This document shows, one piece after another, positions 23,788-25,540 of a stretch of DNA of 25,540 bases. The stretch lies in IMG/VR virus record IMGVR_UViG_3300020462_000042, positions 1-25,540 of that record; one strand, given 5' to 3'. This DNA is from a virus. Its lineage: Duplodnaviria; Caudoviricetes. The notes below the pieces were generated by a model, which made no database searches, was not told the DNA's origin, and saw nothing but the letters and a program-made list of their open reading frames with translations. Both the position numbers and the translations under genes were made by a program. The stretch's first letter is position 1. Every line of letters starts with the position of its first letter.

Positions 23788-23818
23788 ATCCTACCATAAA
23801 AATTAATATTGTCAACCC
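23788..23818 (-). promoter_or_regulatory. Sigma70-type promoter (GGGTTGAC family)
   Basis: gggTTGACA-N16 (ending TGg)-TAGGAT. Confidence 0.6.
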
Positions 23819-24069
23819 TAATTTAAAGTTTCTACTATATCACCATTTTCAATTTTAACTAATCTGACTAATTGACCAAAGTTTGTTTTGAAAACTTCTA
23901 CTAAATTATCATAATCACCAGACATCATTTCTTTGACAATACTGTCAATCTCGTCTTTTGATAAATCTAATTTAACTCCTAAATATTTTGCCTTTCTCAT
24001 CAATGCAAATGCATTTCCGTCTGGGCCATTTAAATTTACTTCTACTCTATACTGCAATTTTACCCCCAT
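23818..24069 (-). CDS. Conserved phage hypothetical protein
   Basis: LNGPDGNAFALM and EMMSGDYDNLV motifs common in phage early proteins. Confidence 0.75.
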   Translation of the reverse strand: MGVKLQYRVEVNLNGPDGNAFALMRKAKYLGVKLDLSKDEIDSIVKEMMSGDYDNLVEVFKTNFGQLVRLVKIENGDIVETLN

Positions 24070-24352
24070 TATAATAACATCTAGTTGTTTTTAAATCCTC
24101 ATTATCATCAACAATAGGTGAAACATCACCTCTGCCGTCAGAATCACACTCCACGATATTGTAATAACCTTTTTGTTGACCTTCTAAATCACTAAATGCA
24201 TTTTTAACTGTGTCAGTATAATATGTTTCTGTATTATACTTTACTTCATCATCTTGTGTTTTCCAATTAGGGCTCCACTCGTCATACCACCAATTACCAT
24301 TAGGTGTCATAGTCTGACCTTTTTCGTTCATAATTTTAAAACATTTTTCCAT
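24047..24352 (-). CDS. Hypothetical protein
   Basis: GAGG RBS, coupled to the upstream gene. Confidence 0.65.
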   Translation of the reverse strand: MEKCFKIMNEKGQTMTPNGNWWYDEWSPNWKTQDDEVKYNTETYYTDTVKNAFSDLEGQQKGYYNIVECDSDGRGDVSPIVDDNEDLKTTRCYYNGGKIAV

Positions 24353-24600
24353 TATATTACCTCTTTTAAATTAAACTTACTTGTAAGAATATCTCTTACT
24401 CTTTCTCTGTCAAGACTATCACCATAAAATGGCAAAGAATCATCACTTGCAATATAATCAATGGTTGCAGTTTGAATTTGACTTACAGTTGCACCCATAT
24501 CATAGATACCATTTTTACCATAAAAATCATAAACATAACTTACAAATTCATTCATTCTTTTTGCAAATTTTAAACCTTTAACAATATCTTTTTTTTCCAT
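24352..24600 (-). CDS. Hypothetical protein
   Basis: FYGKNGIY and GDSLDRERVRD; AG-rich leader. Confidence 0.7.
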   Translation of the reverse strand: MEKKDIVKGLKFAKRMNEFVSYVYDFYGKNGIYDMGATVSQIQTATIDYIASDDSLPFYGDSLDRERVRDILTSKFNLKEVI

Positions 24601-24623
24601 ATTTCTCTCTCTTTCTTTAAAAA

Positions 24624-24848
24624 TTAGTTCCAGCCTGGTAATGTATGATTAGACCAATAATCGTTCCACACATAATTTGAAATCCAATGTATGTCAGCTT
24701 CACTCCATATGTTTTCACACTTATCTTTTGCAACATCAAAGAACTCATCAAATGATTCACATTCTTTTATATCATTTTCATCTACATTATCATAAAATCT
24801 TTCTACAAGATTTGTCATATGGTTGTCATTTATATTTGCGATTGTCAT
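24624..24848 (-). CDS. Hypothetical early protein
   Basis: First gene after a consensus promoter. Confidence 0.65.
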   Translation of the reverse strand: MTIANINDNHMTNLVERFYDNVDENDIKECESFDEFFDVAKDKCENIWSEADIHWISNYVWNDYWSNHTLPGWN

Positions 24849-24880
24849 ATTTTTTCTCTTTCTTTCTTGATTATATTATT

Positions 24881-24909
24881 ATTATACTTTGTTTTAAGAA
24901 CAATGTCAA
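24881..24909 (-). promoter_or_regulatory. Consensus sigma70 early promoter with palindromic spacer
   Basis: TTGACA-ttgttcttaaaacaaag-TATAAT. Confidence 0.85.
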
Positions 24910-24924
24910 GTCTTTTTTTAATTA

Positions 24925-25236
24925 TTATGACCAAAGTTCGTTTCTTACTTTTCTTTGTTTTTTTCTTTGTTCTCTATTCCAAACTTCTTCTTGAACTTCT
25001 AATGAAGGCCACTCGTGGTCATCATCTATTGTATCGTTAACCCACGCTAATAAATCATTTGCTAACTTTTTTGCTTCTGTTTTACTAAGATTAACAACAT
25101 TCATAGAATCATCAGATTGCATCCAATTAGTCTTTGGATTTCTTACAGTCAATACACTCAATCTTGCACCACCAAAACCAGCATACTGTCTTAAACTTAT
25201 TGTTTTTTTATTTGAAGATTTAACTCTTTTTCCCAT
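24925..25236 (-). CDS. Hypothetical early protein
   Basis: AAGGA RBS; follows the repeated promoter. Confidence 0.7.
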   Translation of the reverse strand: MGKRVKSSNKKTISLRQYAGFGGARLSVLTVRNPKTNWMQSDDSMNVVNLSKTEAKKLANDLLAWVNDTIDDDHEWPSLEVQEEVWNREQRKKQRKVRNELWS

Positions 25237-25271
25237 TTTTTTTGTCCTTTCTTTCTTGACTTTATGTCTCT

Positions 25272-25300
25272 ATATTACCTTGTTTTGAGAACAATGTCAA
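25272..25300 (-). promoter_or_regulatory. Sigma70 early promoter, near copy of 24881-24909
   Basis: TTGACA-ttgttctcaaaacaagg-TAATAT with upstream T tracts. Confidence 0.8.
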
Positions 25301-25338
25301 GTAAAAAAGTAAAAAAAATGAAAAAAAGATATGAATTA

Positions 25339-25351
25339 AATCAATGACTTA
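25339..25351 (+). promoter_or_regulatory. IHF-consensus site
   Basis: AATCAA-TGAC-TTA matches WATCAANNNNTTR, about 40 bp upstream of the -35. Confidence 0.4.
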
Positions 25352-25540
25352 CGAAGATGTGTAATATTTTCTGTAATCATTATGGTTTCCATACCAGTGA
25401 ACTTCGGTATGAATCTTGTTTTTATTGGATTTTATGATGTGTTTTTCCCACCAATCTGGTTCTTTTACAGTACAATGTGCATTTTCACCATTTGGTAGTA
25501 TTGCTTGTGCAAGTCTAGTACAAATCGCAAGATATACAAA
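25349..25540 (-). CDS. C-terminal part of a probable class I SAM methyltransferase
   Basis: FVYLAICTRLAQAILPNGENAHCTVKEPDWWEKHI...TSS*; NAH...P.WW motif. Confidence 0.55.
   Translation of the reverse strand, partial: FVYLAICTRLAQAILPNGENAHCTVKEPDWWEKHIIKSNKNKIHTEVHWYGNHNDYRKYYTSS

Overview
This is a 25.5 kb AT-rich segment of a marine T4-like (Kyanoviridae/pelagimyophage-style) myovirus, most likely infecting an alphaproteobacterium. Positions 1.1-9.0 kb hold baseplate and tail genes (gp27-like hub, gp53, gp48, gp4, gp2, gp54-like, gp26, gp51 module, tape-measure-like). Positions 9.8-14 kb hold replication and late-transcription genes (gp32, gp59, gp33). The right end holds RNase H, ribosomal protein bS21 and early hypothetical genes behind repeated sigma70-type promoters. 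The most interesting part is a host-derived island at 14.0-19.1 kb. It contains a 25-aa PqqA (PQQ precursor) gene missed by the ORF track, directly behind a circularly permuted two-piece alphaproteobacterial-type tmRNA with its own consensus promoter and a terminator. It also contains a PlcP-like phosphoesterase plus GT4 glycosyltransferase pair (phosphate-starvation lipid remodelling type), PhoH and a quinoprotein-associated SoxYZ-like fusion. Other non-ORF signals are a probable programmed -1 frameshift joining gp26 to the gp51 module and a clean H-type pseudoknot in a 5' leader. All family calls come from motif recognition by eye and memory; no database search was run.
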